64,000 nt of DNA, taken from the NCBI GenBank assembly GCA_051546255.1, contig CP128820.1, forward strand, positions 310,001 to 374,000, written 5' to 3'. The first letter of the stretch is position 1. Each line of letters starts with the position of its first letter. The translations under genes were made by a program, and so were the position numbers. The notes beneath the pieces are model-generated. The model did no database searches. It saw only the letters and a program-made list of their open reading frames with translations, and had not been told where the DNA came from. This document shows, in pieces, positions 31,698 to 43,759 of this stretch. This DNA comes from Meyerozyma guilliermondii. Taxonomy: Eukaryota.

Positions 31698-32727
31698 ATG
31701 ACTGGTTCGTCTTCACAGTATGTAATTCAGCCATTTTTGCTAACAGGAGTACTTTCAGCTGTATATTCTCTTCCATAATTTGTGCTAACCCAGATTTCAG
31801 CAGCTCGAAAAGCTCGGAGAAGGAACTTATGCTACCGTGTATAAGGGACGAAACCGGAACACGGGGGCTCTTGTGGCTTTAAAAGAGATCAATCTCGACT
31901 CGGAAGAAGGCACGCCGTCCACCGCCATCAGAGAAATATCATTGATGAAGGAATTGGACTACGAAAACATCGTGACCCTTTATGACGTGATCCACACTGA
32001 AAATAAATTGACACTTGTATTTGAGTATATGGATAAGGACTTGAAAAGATATATGGAGACCAATGGTAACAACGGAGCACTTGAGTTGCACGTTGTCAAG
32101 TCATTTATGTTTCAACTTTTGAAGGGCATCATGTTTTGTCATGACAACCGAGTACTTCACCGGGACTTGAAACCACAGAATTTGTTGATCAATGGCAAGG
32201 GAGAACTCAAGTTGGGTGATTTTGGACTTGCTCGTGCATTTGGTATACCATTCAACACATTCTCCAACGAAGTGGTTACGTTATGGTATCGTGCTCCAGA
32301 TGTTCTTTTGGGCTCTCGTGCTTATACAACTTCAATTGATATCTGGTCTGCCGGGTGTATTTTCGCTGAAATGTGTACTGGTAAGCCTCTCTTTCCAGGT
32401 ACTACCAACGAGGACCAACTCATCAAAATTTTTAGGCTAATGGGAACCCCCAATGAGAGAACATGGCCAGGAATCTCATCGTACGCCAACTATAAGAGCA
32501 ATTGGCAGATATTTGTTCCCCAAGACTTGAGGTCGTTGATTCCAAACCTTGATTCCATGGGTCTCAACCTTCTCTCGAGTCTTTTGCAAATGAGACCAGA
32601 CGCCAGAATCACTGCCAGACAAGCGTTGCATCACCCGTGGTTCCACGAAGTATCAAATCCTAACCCGTTGTTGCAGCACATGTCAGACCCATACCAACGG
32701 GAGTACCGTCCTGAGCAACAGCAATAG
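31698..32727 (+). CDS. PHO85: Cyclin-dependent kinase Pho85 (exons 31698-31717 and 31794-32727)
   Basis: Spliced [36 protein letters not shown] and [17 protein letters not shown]. Confidence 0.96.
31718..31793 (+). other. Spliceosomal intron in PHO85 (76 nt)
   Basis: GTATGT donor, TGCTAAC at 31783-31789, CCAG acceptor, in-frame join. Confidence 0.92.
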
Positions 32728-32760
32728 GAATACACAGCCTGAGCTCTTATAAAACTATAT

Positions 32761-33861
32761 TTACATAGACGTAATTACTTGTGCACTTGGAGTGCCAGAA
32801 TGTTCAACAACAGTATTATAGAGATCTATGTTTTTCAGTTGGATCACCTCTTGCCATATAAAGCTCTCTAATTGCGTTGAAGGTTGCGAGTAATAATGCT
32901 TGAGAATTAACTGAACTATTGCAGTTGTATCCTCTGACTTTTGATCCTGATGAGCCCTTAGAAGCTCTGCTACTGAAAACCCCGTGATAGCAGCAGATTT
33001 TCCCATGGCCAATACTCGTTCAACGAGTTGAGGTTTGGGTTCCACATCGATGGATTTTGCTATCAGCAGTATAAATGGATCGAGATTGTTCAACGAGTAT
33101 CCCTGGGTGGTATGAAGTAAGAGCAATAGCTCAAGAGCAGCTGAATTAAGCTTCCTTTCAAAAAACTCCTGAGGAATAAAAGGAGTTTTTTGCAACTCTA
33201 ATGCCTTATCAGCTTTAGATATAGCAGAAGCCGTGTCTGAATTTGTACTGGAAATCATAGATTCCAAAGCATCGTTGATCAGATCGAGTAGTTCGACCCG
33301 ACTTGTATGATTGGAATCTTTTGTGTAAGCGGCAAAGTCTCCTATTCGCAACCTTTTCGCAACACTATAATTGAAGAACTTGTAGTGAAGCACTGCCACG
33401 TCCAAGCCCAATTTTTTCGCTTCAAATTCTTTAAGAAACTCTTCCAAAGCATCTGCTAGGTCGTTTCTTTGGGCATCGTGGTTCTCAAGTCGTCGAAACC
33501 TTTTAATGGTGTTTCTATACTTTTTGAAGTCAATCATCGAATTCATATCGCGAAGAAAGTTTTGCTCAATGACTTTTTTGGCAAGGCCGTGGTTAGGCAC
33601 GTACTCAGAATCATCATTTCGATCTCTGTGATATAATCGCAAGTCATAGTTGATCCTTTTGTTGACCAATGGAAGGTTATTTTGATCCAATCCGGCAAAG
33701 ACGAATACTCGATGAAGTAGTTCTTTTGGAAGCCTTTCTATTATTGACAAGGATCGATGTCCAGCACCTTTTGTTTCCTTGCGAACTTTTTTCTTGAGAC
33801 TGTCTGGGAGTGGGGCAGCCTTTCGTTTTTTGATGGCTTTTCCGGGGCGGATGAAACCCAT
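32761..33861 (-). CDS. Uncharacterised protein with basic N-terminus and F-box-like motif
   Basis: 366-aa ATG ORF. LSIIERLPKELLHRVFVFAG...LPLVNKR resembles an F-box (LP.E[IL]L..IF...L..V.K). Confidence 0.7.
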   Translation of the reverse strand: MGFIRPGKAIKKRKAAPLPDSLKKKVRKETKGAGHRSLSIIERLPKELLHRVFVFAGLDQNNLPLVNKRINYDLRLYHRDRNDDSEYVPNHGLAKKVIEQNFLRDMNSMIDFKKYRNTIKRFRRLENHDAQRNDLADALEEFLKEFEAKKLGLDVAVLHYKFFNYSVAKRLRIGDFAAYTKDSNHTSRVELLDLINDALESMISSTNSDTASAISKADKALELQKTPFIPQEFFERKLNSAALELLLLLHTTQGYSLNNLDPFILLIAKSIDVEPKPQLVERVLAMGKSAAITGFSVAELLRAHQDQKSEDTTAIVQLILKHYYSQPSTQLESFIWQEVIQLKNIDLYNTVVEHSGTPSAQVITSM

Positions 33862-34025
33862 TCCTGAAGGCTGCGAAATTGAAGAGAAGATGAGGTTGCG
33901 AAAATGCGAATGGCTGCGAAATGCGATGGGACAGTAGCAATAAACCCAAGAGAGATGAGATAGAAAGAGAGAGCGAGAAAAAGATACAGAAAATGATAAC
34001 GTACTTGCGTGTTATTGAATAAATA

Positions 34026-35681
34026 CTACAACTTGCCAGCGGCCTTCTCCTTGAATTGGTCTTCAGTGACACCAGCACCCATGGCAGCGGTAGAAGACAC
34101 ACCACCAGTAACCATCTTCAACAAACCGTCAATGTACTCAGCTCCAGACCATTTCTGGTGCTTCACCACCTCGACACCTTGGTCGATTTCGTGTTGTTGG
34201 ACGTCTCTACCATAAGCCTTCATACCAATCTCAGCATAGTTCTTGGAGAAGTTGTCAACAGCCAAGGCAGTGGTATGCAAACCAGCCAAGGTGATAAATT
34301 GCCAAACGTATCCCAATTCACCCAATCTCTTGATATAGGTTTCTTGTTCATCAGAAGGCATAGCCTTGTTCCAGTTGAAAGACGGAGACAAGTTGTAAGC
34401 CAACCATTGGTCGGGCCATTGACCCTTGACACCGTCAGCAAATTCCTTAGCTTGAGCGTAATCAGGCAAAGCAGATTCCATCCAAATCATGTCAGCGTAT
34501 GGTGCGTAGGCTCTGCCTCTCATTACGGCACATTGGGTACCACCTCTGTATCTGTAGTAACCCTCTCTGACTCTAGAAACGTCCCAGTTGAAGTAAATGT
34601 CCTTACCCAAAATTTCTCTAGCAATTTGTCTGGCTTCCTTGTTGGAAGTAAGAGACAAGGGGTTCACCTTGGAAGTGAATTTCTTGATCAATTCCTCCTT
34701 GTTCGAGAAAGAGCCAGCCTTAATCTCATCAATCACCGCCTCATGGAACAATTTCAATCCAGCCTTTTTGGTCCATTCGGCCTCAATGGCTCCCAATGCT
34801 TCACCGTAGATACCATTAGCCTCAGCCTCAGACATCAAAGTGGCCAAATCTGGGCTATCGGGGTTGGTGGCTCCAACAACAAAGTAGTGGTCACGATGGT
34901 CAATGGTGGAGGTGATCAAAGTAGCAGCCTCAGAATCAGTTCTGGCAACCGCCAACAAGTCAGAACCCAAGATATCGGCAGAGGCACGAATGGCAACCAA
35001 ACGGTTGATGTGCTCCTGAACTGGAACCAAAACTTTACCAGCCATATGTCCACACTTTTTGGTACCAGGAGCTTGGTCTTCAATATGAATACCAGCAGCA
35101 CCTCTCTCTACAAACATCTTGGTCAATTTGATGATGGCAGTAATACCACCATGACCAGTGTCGGCATCGGCAATGATAGGTCTCAAAAAGTCAATGTATG
35201 GAGTCTTAGCTCTCTCCTCCTTGGAAAGGTTCAAACGCTCTTCTCTTTGCTTTCTGTCATGGAAAAGTTGAGCAAACCACAAGTGTTCCACCTTGTTAGG
35301 AACGGTGTCCATGGGGTAATCAGCGAGATCTGGCGATGGCTCGTTAGAGGTGGAAGCGGTGGAAGAACATTGCCATCCTGAAACGTAAATGGAGTCCAAG
35401 TACTTGGCCATTTGAGCGACATGGATTGGGTCAAGAGCACCAAAAGTGAATGAAGCAGTCTTGTTTTTCTCGTGCTCTTGCAACAACTTGAACATTTTCT
35501 TGGCTTGGTTGGACGAAGGGTAGTCAATTTTAAGAGTACCTCTCTTTTTAGCAATGGCTTCAGCGGTATAGATTCTCTTAGTTTTTGACCATCTTGGTTG
35601 TTTCCACCATTGTTCGATTTCTTGCACTTGTTGCTTGAAGAACTGGTCTTCGGCCTCAGTATCAATTTTAGTGTAAGGCAT
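34026..35681 (-). CDS. ICL1: Isocitrate lyase
   Basis: Catalytic [15 protein letters not shown] and [11 protein letters not shown]. Strong codon bias. Begins Met-Pro and ends GKL. Confidence 0.98.
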   Translation of the reverse strand: MPYTKIDTEAEDQFFKQQVQEIEQWWKQPRWSKTKRIYTAEAIAKKRGTLKIDYPSSNQAKKMFKLLQEHEKNKTASFTFGALDPIHVAQMAKYLDSIYVSGWQCSSTASTSNEPSPDLADYPMDTVPNKVEHLWFAQLFHDRKQREERLNLSKEERAKTPYIDFLRPIIADADTGHGGITAIIKLTKMFVERGAAGIHIEDQAPGTKKCGHMAGKVLVPVQEHINRLVAIRASADILGSDLLAVARTDSEAATLITSTIDHRDHYFVVGATNPDSPDLATLMSEAEANGIYGEALGAIEAEWTKKAGLKLFHEAVIDEIKAGSFSNKEELIKKFTSKVNPLSLTSNKEARQIAREILGKDIYFNWDVSRVREGYYRYRGGTQCAVMRGRAYAPYADMIWMESALPDYAQAKEFADGVKGQWPDQWLAYNLSPSFNWNKAMPSDEQETYIKRLGELGYVWQFITLAGLHTTALAVDNFSKNYAEIGMKAYGRDVQQHEIDQGVEVVKHQKWSGAEYIDGLLKMVTGGVSSTAAMGAGVTEDQFKEKAAGKL

Positions 35682-35783
35682 GTTTGATAACTAAAAAAAT
35701 TTCACTGGATGTGCCCGGTTTAAATAGACTACCCCAGACTTCCGCTTCCGCTTGCCCTTGTCGTGTGCTGCCCGCATACTCCA

Positions 35784-36188
35784 CGGATCCTCGGATAAAG
35801 GGAAGTGAAAAGTTATGGCAGGCCATTTTGCTCACGAATAAGAGTCCTTTACAAGCTGTAAATGTACGAGCTCATCCAATCCCATGCTACATACTACCCT
35901 ACACAATTACTGGCCTCGAGCGTTTCCCCATCCCGTTAATGTCCAACGATCACCCCCACAATTGACATGTGCTCGGGGCGCAATTGCGACTCGGCTCCGG
36001 CAACTAAGTCCGAGGTCCGGTGGCAGTTTGTGCCGAGTTGAGCACTTAGCGCCGTGAAACCCCGGAAAAATGTGCAGGTGGTCGCATACTGCAACCAATG
36101 ACACACCGGGATTGTTGTCGATAGCCGGTGACTCAAATAGTGGCTCAAAACGATGACTCAATGCACCCAGACACCGACCCCGGTTTTT
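35784..36188. promoter_or_regulatory. ICL1 upstream carbon-source control elements (CSRE-like and Mig1-like)
   Basis: Overlapping CGG-N6-GGA at 35784-35795 and 35792-35803. CCCCGG plus A/T tract at 36060 and 36178. Confidence 0.55.
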
Positions 36189-36499
36189 GAGATGAGAAAC
36201 ACCCAGACATCAGATCCGATGGGTCGTGCTTGTGAATCCATCTCGCGACTTGCCAATTTTTTTGACAGGGGCAGTTCCTGCACACGCTACTACCAAGCTC
36301 CGAGCTGCGGTTCGCCTAAAAACATATCCACTTGTTTGCAACCATTAGTGGCGTGTTTTGAATCTGGCCCAGCTCAACCGGTTCTGTTAGTCCCAACCAC
36401 CGAAGGAGATCCTAGTTTTTTGGTGGGTAGTTACTTTATGCTGATTGGTTGTTTTACACTGTTGATTTTAAGGTTTTTTCGGCACACGCCGTTTTTTCA

Positions 36500-37444
36500 A
36501 TGTCAACTTACTGGGATTATCTCCCAGATTTGAACAGGGTGTCGTCCATATTTATCACCTTCACCCCTTTGTTTTCCTATGGTACAACGTGTCTAGGAAT
36601 CTACAAGCAGCGATCGTCGGTGGGATTTTCCATTGATATTTGCGCCACAATGCTCATGTCACTGATACTACGAATTCTTTACTACTTTATATCGCCATAC
36701 GAAATAGCGTTATTCCGGCAACTGTTGGTGATGGTGGCAATCCAATGCGTTCTCTTGAAGGTATCGTTGGCATACAGACCTCATGATTACGACCCAGATA
36801 TTCTCGAAGTTATGCCTCATTTTAAGAATGAACTCAATGCTAATATGCCCAGAAGACTTTCTGCGTCTTATAACATCGTCAACCACGATCTCTACAATCC
36901 TTCGAGCTCATCTCTGTCAACTGTGGCTCTGCCAACTGTGGAAGTTAGTACCGATTACTTGGAATACACCTTTGCTTATATCACTCTGGTGTTCAATTAT
37001 GCCCTCAAATTCTTCGATGTTCATTATAGACGCCCATACTGTTTCTGGCAATGGGTAGAAGAGGCCAAGTACTGGCAATACGTCGGATTTTTTACTGCAA
37101 TTTTCTCCATTTTGACCATGATTTTCTCGCACAGCCTTCGGTATGCTACCGGCATCGGAATCTTGGGATTGTTTATCGAATCATTACTTCCCTTGCCCCA
37201 AATTCTTCTTTTACAACGTCTTAGATCAATTCGCAATTTCAAGGTTGTTTTGCTTCTCAGCTGGCTCGGAGGTGACGTTACTAAAATCACCTATCTCGTA
37301 TATGGAGCTCGCAACACATCGATCATTTTTGTGTTGGCGGGACTCTTTCAAATGGGTCTCGACTTAATCATCGCATATCAATATTTGCATTATAAAAAGC
37401 AAGACCAACAAGGTCTAGTCGAATTAGAATTATCAAACGTATAA
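36500..37444 (+). CDS. ANY1: PQ-loop membrane protein (Any1/YMR010W-like)
   Basis: TPLFSYG, GFSIDICATML, FWQW, IESLLPLPQIL and SWLGGD motifs; multiple TM segments. Confidence 0.8.
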   Translation: MSTYWDYLPDLNRVSSIFITFTPLFSYGTTCLGIYKQRSSVGFSIDICATMLMSLILRILYYFISPYEIALFRQLLVMVAIQCVLLKVSLAYRPHDYDPDILEVMPHFKNELNANMPRRLSASYNIVNHDLYNPSSSSLSTVALPTVEVSTDYLEYTFAYITLVFNYALKFFDVHYRRPYCFWQWVEEAKYWQYVGFFTAIFSILTMIFSHSLRYATGIGILGLFIESLLPLPQILLLQRLRSIRNFKVVLLLSWLGGDVTKITYLVYGARNTSIIFVLAGLFQMGLDLIIAYQYLHYKKQDQQGLVELELSNV

Positions 37445-37492
37445 TCAACCATGTCATAAGTTCTATTTATCTGCCATCATATATATACATTG

Positions 37493-38746
37493 CTAGGTTC
37501 TGACAAACTCCACGTTCATCTTTGCCTCGTTGATCAAATCAACCGCTTCCTTTCCTCCCAATCCATGCTTCACCTTGATATGTCGAGACAACGCATCTCC
37601 CCTAGAGAACGTCTTTTCCCGGCCGTTACCAGCACCGCCATTAGCACGGCCCTCGCAAATCACACATCTAAAAATCTTCTTCTTCGATGCATGTATGGTT
37701 TCCTGGTGTCGTATCAAGTCGTACAGTCTAGAGAAATGCTTGTCACATGGGCGACCGGTTGATGGATTTATCAATGTGCAAGTGTTACCAACATCCACTG
37801 CACGAGGTTTGCTATCCGCCTTTTCGCTAGCAGGCTCGTCGTCAGAATAATCTGGAGATGGAAGGTGTGATGATTTATCTGGGGTTTCGAATAATGACGG
37901 AGATGTGGTGCTAGGAGCAGACTCCATGTCATCAGTCATTAACGTATCTTCTTGATCGACTGGAGCGGAGAGTGTGTTGTCCAAAAAGCCACCCATCAAC
38001 GTGTCGTCTCTGAACTGGTCTCCTTGAGCTTGTTTAAAGTAGTTATCCACATCCATATCCATTTCGAATTCATCTTCTTGATCATGAAAGTAGCTGTCAT
38101 CTTCATCGTCAGAAACGTCGTCTTCCACTTCTTCATCGAACTCAACGATATAGTCGTTCTCGAACCCAGGTATACGTTGATTATTAATTTCGGTTGATTG
38201 TGGAACGAACAAGGACGAGTCGGAATACAAGTAGTCATCACCAGTAGCGTTGATGAGAGAAGGTTCTATGCTGGTATTGAATAAGAAGTCATCCTTCATC
38301 TTCTGGCTTGAATCTCCTCCTTGGGACTCTAATGTGGTTATGCGGGAGCTCCGGGTAGGAAATCTGGAGAGTTGCTGTGGTTGGACGAAGCGTTGGTTGG
38401 TCAAGGAATCGGGGTCAGCATAGTCAGTGAAAGGGTTAACCAGACCGAATTCGGAGAAGGATGCAGGGTTTGAGGTATATGGGGAATTTATGTTGATGTT
38501 CGAGACTCCACCGACCAAATTTACTTGTGACGTCGTGGCATTTGGCTTGACCATGCGGGTATATTGCTCAAGAAATGAGTCAGGAATGTTGAGTAAACTG
38601 GACAAGTTTTGTTGAGGAGATCCAGGAGTTGGGCCAGGCGATTCAGCACGAACAGAACCAGGGCTAGAAGGCGCTTGGTAAAATTCCTCATCCATAAGAT
38701 CCGTGAGGGTTCTCTTTAATGGAGGTAATATTGCCACCGACGACAT
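37493..38746 (-). CDS. RPN4: Proteasome transcriptional activator Rpn4 (C2H2)
   Basis: LPPLKRTLTD N-terminus, acidic domain, FSR(S)YDLIRHQETIH and KTFSRGDALSRHIKVKH. First ATG is at 38746. Confidence 0.93.
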   Translation of the reverse strand: MSSVAILPPLKRTLTDLMDEEFYQAPSSPGSVRAESPGPTPGSPQQNLSSLLNIPDSFLEQYTRMVKPNATTSQVNLVGGVSNININSPYTSNPASFSEFGLVNPFTDYADPDSLTNQRFVQPQQLSRFPTRSSRITTLESQGGDSSQKMKDDFLFNTSIEPSLINATGDDYLYSDSSLFVPQSTEINNQRIPGFENDYIVEFDEEVEDDVSDDEDDSYFHDQEDEFEMDMDVDNYFKQAQGDQFRDDTLMGGFLDNTLSAPVDQEDTLMTDDMESAPSTTSPSLFETPDKSSHLPSPDYSDDEPASEKADSKPRAVDVGNTCTLINPSTGRPCDKHFSRLYDLIRHQETIHASKKKIFRCVICEGRANGGAGNGREKTFSRGDALSRHIKVKHGLGGKEAVDLINEAKMNVEFVRT

Positions 38747-39246
38747 ATTGGAATTTGTTTGATTATTGTCAGAAGGTATGTGATTGGAAGGCGGCAAAAT
38801 ATCAATAGCAATAAAAATTAAAACGATTTGAGTATGAAAACCGTCAAAAAAAACTGAGTAAATTAAGACGGTGGCAATGACTGCTGCTTATAAACTAAAA
38901 GTGGCTATGGTGTATGGGTCCGCGATGTAATGAGTATGACGATCGGAATTGAGTCGGAGGAGACGGAATAGCGAATGGATGGAAACCCGATGAGAACCTA
39001 CATAAGGTCGTTAACGTTTGGTCATTCTGTTTTAATTCCGATCTATAAACTGCTATTACCAATTATCCGCAACGCTTTTCCGTGTTTCGAGTCACAGGCG
39101 TATCTCCGTGTTACGTCCGCCGCCGTCTGTTTGTAAGCATATCGAAGTTTCTGGACGTGCGTCGTAAACATGAATCAAACCGGCACGTGACACGCTTCGA
39201 TGCCTCATTTGGCGTCATTCGGCGCCATGCGGCACTACTTCCTCTA

Positions 39247-40005
39247 TTATGCCTGTCCCTCATTCTTCACCTTTTCTATACCCTTTTTCGCCAATTCCGG
39301 GTCCAAGTAGTAATAGTCTTTCGTTAGATTTCCATCATTGTCTAATTCAAATACCAATGGAACTCCTGTAGGAACATTGATTTTGGAGATATCATCGTCA
39401 CTCACATTGCTCAAATATTTGATCAAACTGCGCACAATTGAGCCATGTGTGACTATAAGAACCGTTCGGTCGTGTTCTAGAAGCTCGTGGTGAATGATCT
39501 CGCGGTCGAAATATGGGATGAGTCTTTTCATCACCAACTCGAGAGACTCGCCGCGCGGAAGTGTATGTTTGTCGATGTCTATATTATCATACCTTTCGTC
39601 CAAGGCGCCGTCATTTGGTGAGTCTTTGGGGGCCAAAGGAGGAATTGCCTTAAAATTTCGACGAACATATTGGTACTTTTCTGGTCCCAATTGCTTGTAA
39701 ATTTCAGATTTGTCTTCTCCTTGATAAGCACCATAATGCCTTTCATTAAGACGCCACGTTTTGATAGTGTCGACCCATAACCGGTCCAATTCCTCCAAGA
39801 TGATATGGCCAGATTTGATCAGCCGACTCAACTTTGAAGTGTACATTATGGTTGGTTTTATTCCTTCTTTCTTGATCAATTGCCCTGCAAATCGTGCTTC
39901 TTGTTCACCTTTCTGCGACAATGGGATATCGATCCAGCCACAGAACTTGTTCTCGTGGTTCCATTGCGACTCGCCATGTCTCAATATCACCAATTTGTGA
40001 ACCAT
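39247..40005 (-). CDS. GPM2: Cofactor-dependent phosphoglycerate mutase paralog (Gpm2-like)
   Basis: LRHGESQWN, RLNERHYG and VTHG motifs. Lacks the strong codon bias expected of the main glycolytic GPM1. Confidence 0.8.
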   Translation of the reverse strand: MVHKLVILRHGESQWNHENKFCGWIDIPLSQKGEQEARFAGQLIKKEGIKPTIMYTSKLSRLIKSGHIILEELDRLWVDTIKTWRLNERHYGAYQGEDKSEIYKQLGPEKYQYVRRNFKAIPPLAPKDSPNDGALDERYDNIDIDKHTLPRGESLELVMKRLIPYFDREIIHHELLEHDRTVLIVTHGSIVRSLIKYLSNVSDDDISKINVPTGVPLVFELDNDGNLTKDYYYLDPELAKKGIEKVKNEGQA

Positions 40006-40435
40006 AAGAAGACGGTGCGAAGGATTCCGATATCAGCTATATAGTGTATGCAGGAAACAGGTTTACCTACTTAATGACAAGACTGAAGTATTTAGATTGA
40101 AGTGTTGAGGTAGACCTGAGATATCAAGGCTTATCCAATTCAGCGACTGACTGCGTTCAGTTACTTGTCCATGTTCGGTTTCATCTTTGGTTGTTCCTCT
40201 TCTCTTTTTTGTTGTTCTCTTTATCTGGCTTATCAATTACTAAGCCATTACATAACCAATGTAACCGTATGTTACATCGATGCTTTGGGGTATACTAGTA
40301 CCCGATGGGTATTTGCATGATGATTCCGTGCATTAATATAATGCACCCGAATCCTCCAAGTTCTTTTTATTCTCCACTTCATCTTTCCTTCCTTATTCTT
40401 CTTTCTGACTTTGGTGAAAATTTCCCACGTGCAGT

Positions 40436-41113
40436 ATGATCGCTACAAAATCCAATCTTTCATTCTCACTCAAAGTGGTGCAATCTCCAGGAATGCCTCC
40501 TTCAAAAATCAAGGATGAACCATATACTTGGGAAGAGATCGTGGAAATTGTGAGACACAACCGTCTTGAAAAGTTTGCTAGATCGGCAGCGCAAACTGAA
40601 TCTTATCACAGTTTTAAGGCGGCATTGAAAGATGCAAAGACATCAGTATTTAAGTTTTTATTAGTCAACCAACTCCATTGGTACGACCCGAAACAAAACA
40701 ACTCCATCCCAATTGACCAAATAAACCAACTTGAAGACCATGAAATCAATATTGTTGCTGCTAGTGACAAATTATTCGGAGACGAATCTGATGTGAAAAT
40801 ATTACCCAATCATTTCCCCTATTATTTTCCTCCAGATGTAAGCCATTTATGTGTTTGGCTGAAGACTCGAATCCAAAACGACCCTCATTCTCCATACGGT
40901 GATATTTCTCCAAAAACTAGAAAAGAAATTGATGCATATGTCAGGAGAACATTTGTTGAAAATCTCGGCATCGACCCAAGTAATATCTGTTGGTTTCGCA
41001 ATTGGGAAGCATTGCAATCGGTTAAACTGATCAGCCATATCCATGTGATTGTCAAGGGCTTGACAAAGGAGCAAGAAGCCAAGGTTCTATATGGACCAGG
41101 AAGCATAGAGTAA
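40436..41113 (+). CDS. GIG1: DUF3605/HIT-like protein (Candida Gig1 / YPL067C family)
   Basis: YTWEEI, NHFPYYF..HLCVW(S)K and WFRNW..LQSVK..SHIHV. Alternative start at 40493. Confidence 0.75.
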   Translation: MIATKSNLSFSLKVVQSPGMPPSKIKDEPYTWEEIVEIVRHNRLEKFARSAAQTESYHSFKAALKDAKTSVFKFLLVNQLHWYDPKQNNSIPIDQINQLEDHEINIVAASDKLFGDESDVKILPNHFPYYFPPDVSHLCVWLKTRIQNDPHSPYGDISPKTRKEIDAYVRRTFVENLGIDPSNICWFRNWEALQSVKLISHIHVIVKGLTKEQEAKVLYGPGSIE

Positions 41114-41251
41114 GAGATACAAAATAGAAGGATACCAAACTAAACAAGAAAGAATAATGAATAGAATATAATAGAACCAATAGAAGCCATTATTGCCACT
41201 TGATCTACACCGACTCATTCATTATGTATTAAATACAATCATAACCCATAA

Positions 41252-41608
<357 letters not shown>

Positions 41609-41752
41609 TTAATACCGCAACATTTTTGCCCCCTCGAAACTGCCCTAACTTTTTGCTGCGAATAACCCGCGCACTCTCTGGCCTCAGATTACCGCGCAGT
41701 CGCAGTACCGCTATTGTGCAGCTTTTTGAGTACTGCCGCGCACGATTGGTAG

Positions 41753-42397
<645 letters not shown>

Positions 42398-42544
42398 TTA
42401 TGTATATTAGGCGCAGAGCGCAATTCATGATAATAATGAGTGTGAGTGTAGAAAAAAAAAAAAAGATACTGGATTGACCAACTAGAAGAGTCTAATTCTT
42501 ACATTCATTCTTTCCTTCATCAGTCCTTCTTTCTTTGTTTTCTA

Positions 42545-43759
42545 CTAGTATGGATATACTTCTGGCTCCGTCTCTACAGTATAGCCCTTGGCCTCCTGCT
42601 CATCTGCCATTTTCTCCAAGTATGGCTCCACCACATCCTTGAATTTGGTGTATCCCCTATAATCCTGGACTTCAGGAACCCAGCTTCTGATGCCATTCAA
42701 GAGTCTTCTGGGAACGTATGGTTCTTGTGCAAGTTCGGTAATTGGCAAAAAATAAGTTCTGATGGTGAAAATTGTCGCACCAGTTTTTGGCAATCTTCTC
42801 AAACTTTGTCTCTCACTACGAAAGTACAATTGATTGATATCCTTTGCAGGCTCAGCGGTGTACCAACCAACCACGTCTTTATCTTCGTCACCAATCGACT
42901 TGGACCATGGCAAATTTCCATCGGTTTGAATAAAATAATTGTTGCGAACCACCGGCTTATCGCAGGTTTGTCGAATAAAGAACTTTTCCATTCCAGTTTG
43001 CAATTTTTCCTTATACTTTGGAACATCTCCCGAGGTATGAATGGCACTCAATGGGAGATTGAACTTGTCTTTGAGTCTCCAGAACCCAGCCAACATAATG
43101 GCTCCTCCTTTCAACACATATTGACCATCTTCCTGCTCGATCATAATGGCTATATCGTCTTGTAGAAGCATGGCCGCTATATACATAGGATCCTCCTTGG
43201 TGCCGTTTTTGAAGCTCCATGACTCTCCCGTAACCAAATTACTCAAACCATCTGGAGTTTGTTGGAATAAACTAGGATATCTATGGGGAAGATAGTTCCA
43301 CAATTCATCCAACAACTCAAATGCAGCGTCCCGAGCTTCAGGACTGGTAACACACAACTCTTGCTTCTTCTCCCGCGTTCTCTCCAACTTGTGGTTGTGG
43401 AACTTGAGCCATTCGTTATCTAGCTCGATCCATTGATGGAAATCCATGTTGCGAATGGCCATGGTGATACTATACTTGTGTCTAAAAGCCCGATACGGCT
43501 GAGGTCTGGTTGTGTTTATGTCCCAGTTTGGATACGGTGGCGGCGTAGGGGTCTTGAAATTGTAGTCGGGAGTCCAATGTCCGTATTTTCTGTTGGCATT
43601 TATGTCTCTTTTCACCACCGATTTTTTCGGCTTTTTTTGTGAGTATTTGATTGCAAATATCACCATGATAAAAATCAAGCCACACACAGTGCGCGACCAT
43701 TTGCTCAGGTCAAGGTCGTAGAACACACTTCGGAGCACCCCTGAATTGGTTTGGTTCAT
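42545..43759 (-). CDS. DUF3445/HRQ family protein (heme-dependent oxidative N-demethylase alpha-like) with N-terminal TM
   Basis: PYRAF, WIELD, LLQDD, AGFWRLKDK, IHT..VP, RNNYFIQ and RSERQSLRRLPKTGATIFTIRTY. Confidence 0.8.
   Translation of the reverse strand: MNQTNSGVLRSVFYDLDLSKWSRTVCGLIFIMVIFAIKYSQKKPKKSVVKRDINANRKYGHWTPDYNFKTPTPPPYPNWDINTTRPQPYRAFRHKYSITMAIRNMDFHQWIELDNEWLKFHNHKLERTREKKQELCVTSPEARDAAFELLDELWNYLPHRYPSLFQQTPDGLSNLVTGESWSFKNGTKEDPMYIAAMLLQDDIAIMIEQEDGQYVLKGGAIMLAGFWRLKDKFNLPLSAIHTSGDVPKYKEKLQTGMEKFFIRQTCDKPVVRNNYFIQTDGNLPWSKSIGDEDKDVVGWYTAEPAKDINQLYFRSERQSLRRLPKTGATIFTIRTYFLPITELAQEPYVPRRLLNGIRSWVPEVQDYRGYTKFKDVVEPYLEKMADEQEAKGYTVETEPEVYPY

Noticed and set aside
34056..35381. 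441-aa antisense ORF over ICL1
   Set aside because: In-register antisense shadow caused by the strong codon bias of a highly expressed gene; no recognisable motifs.
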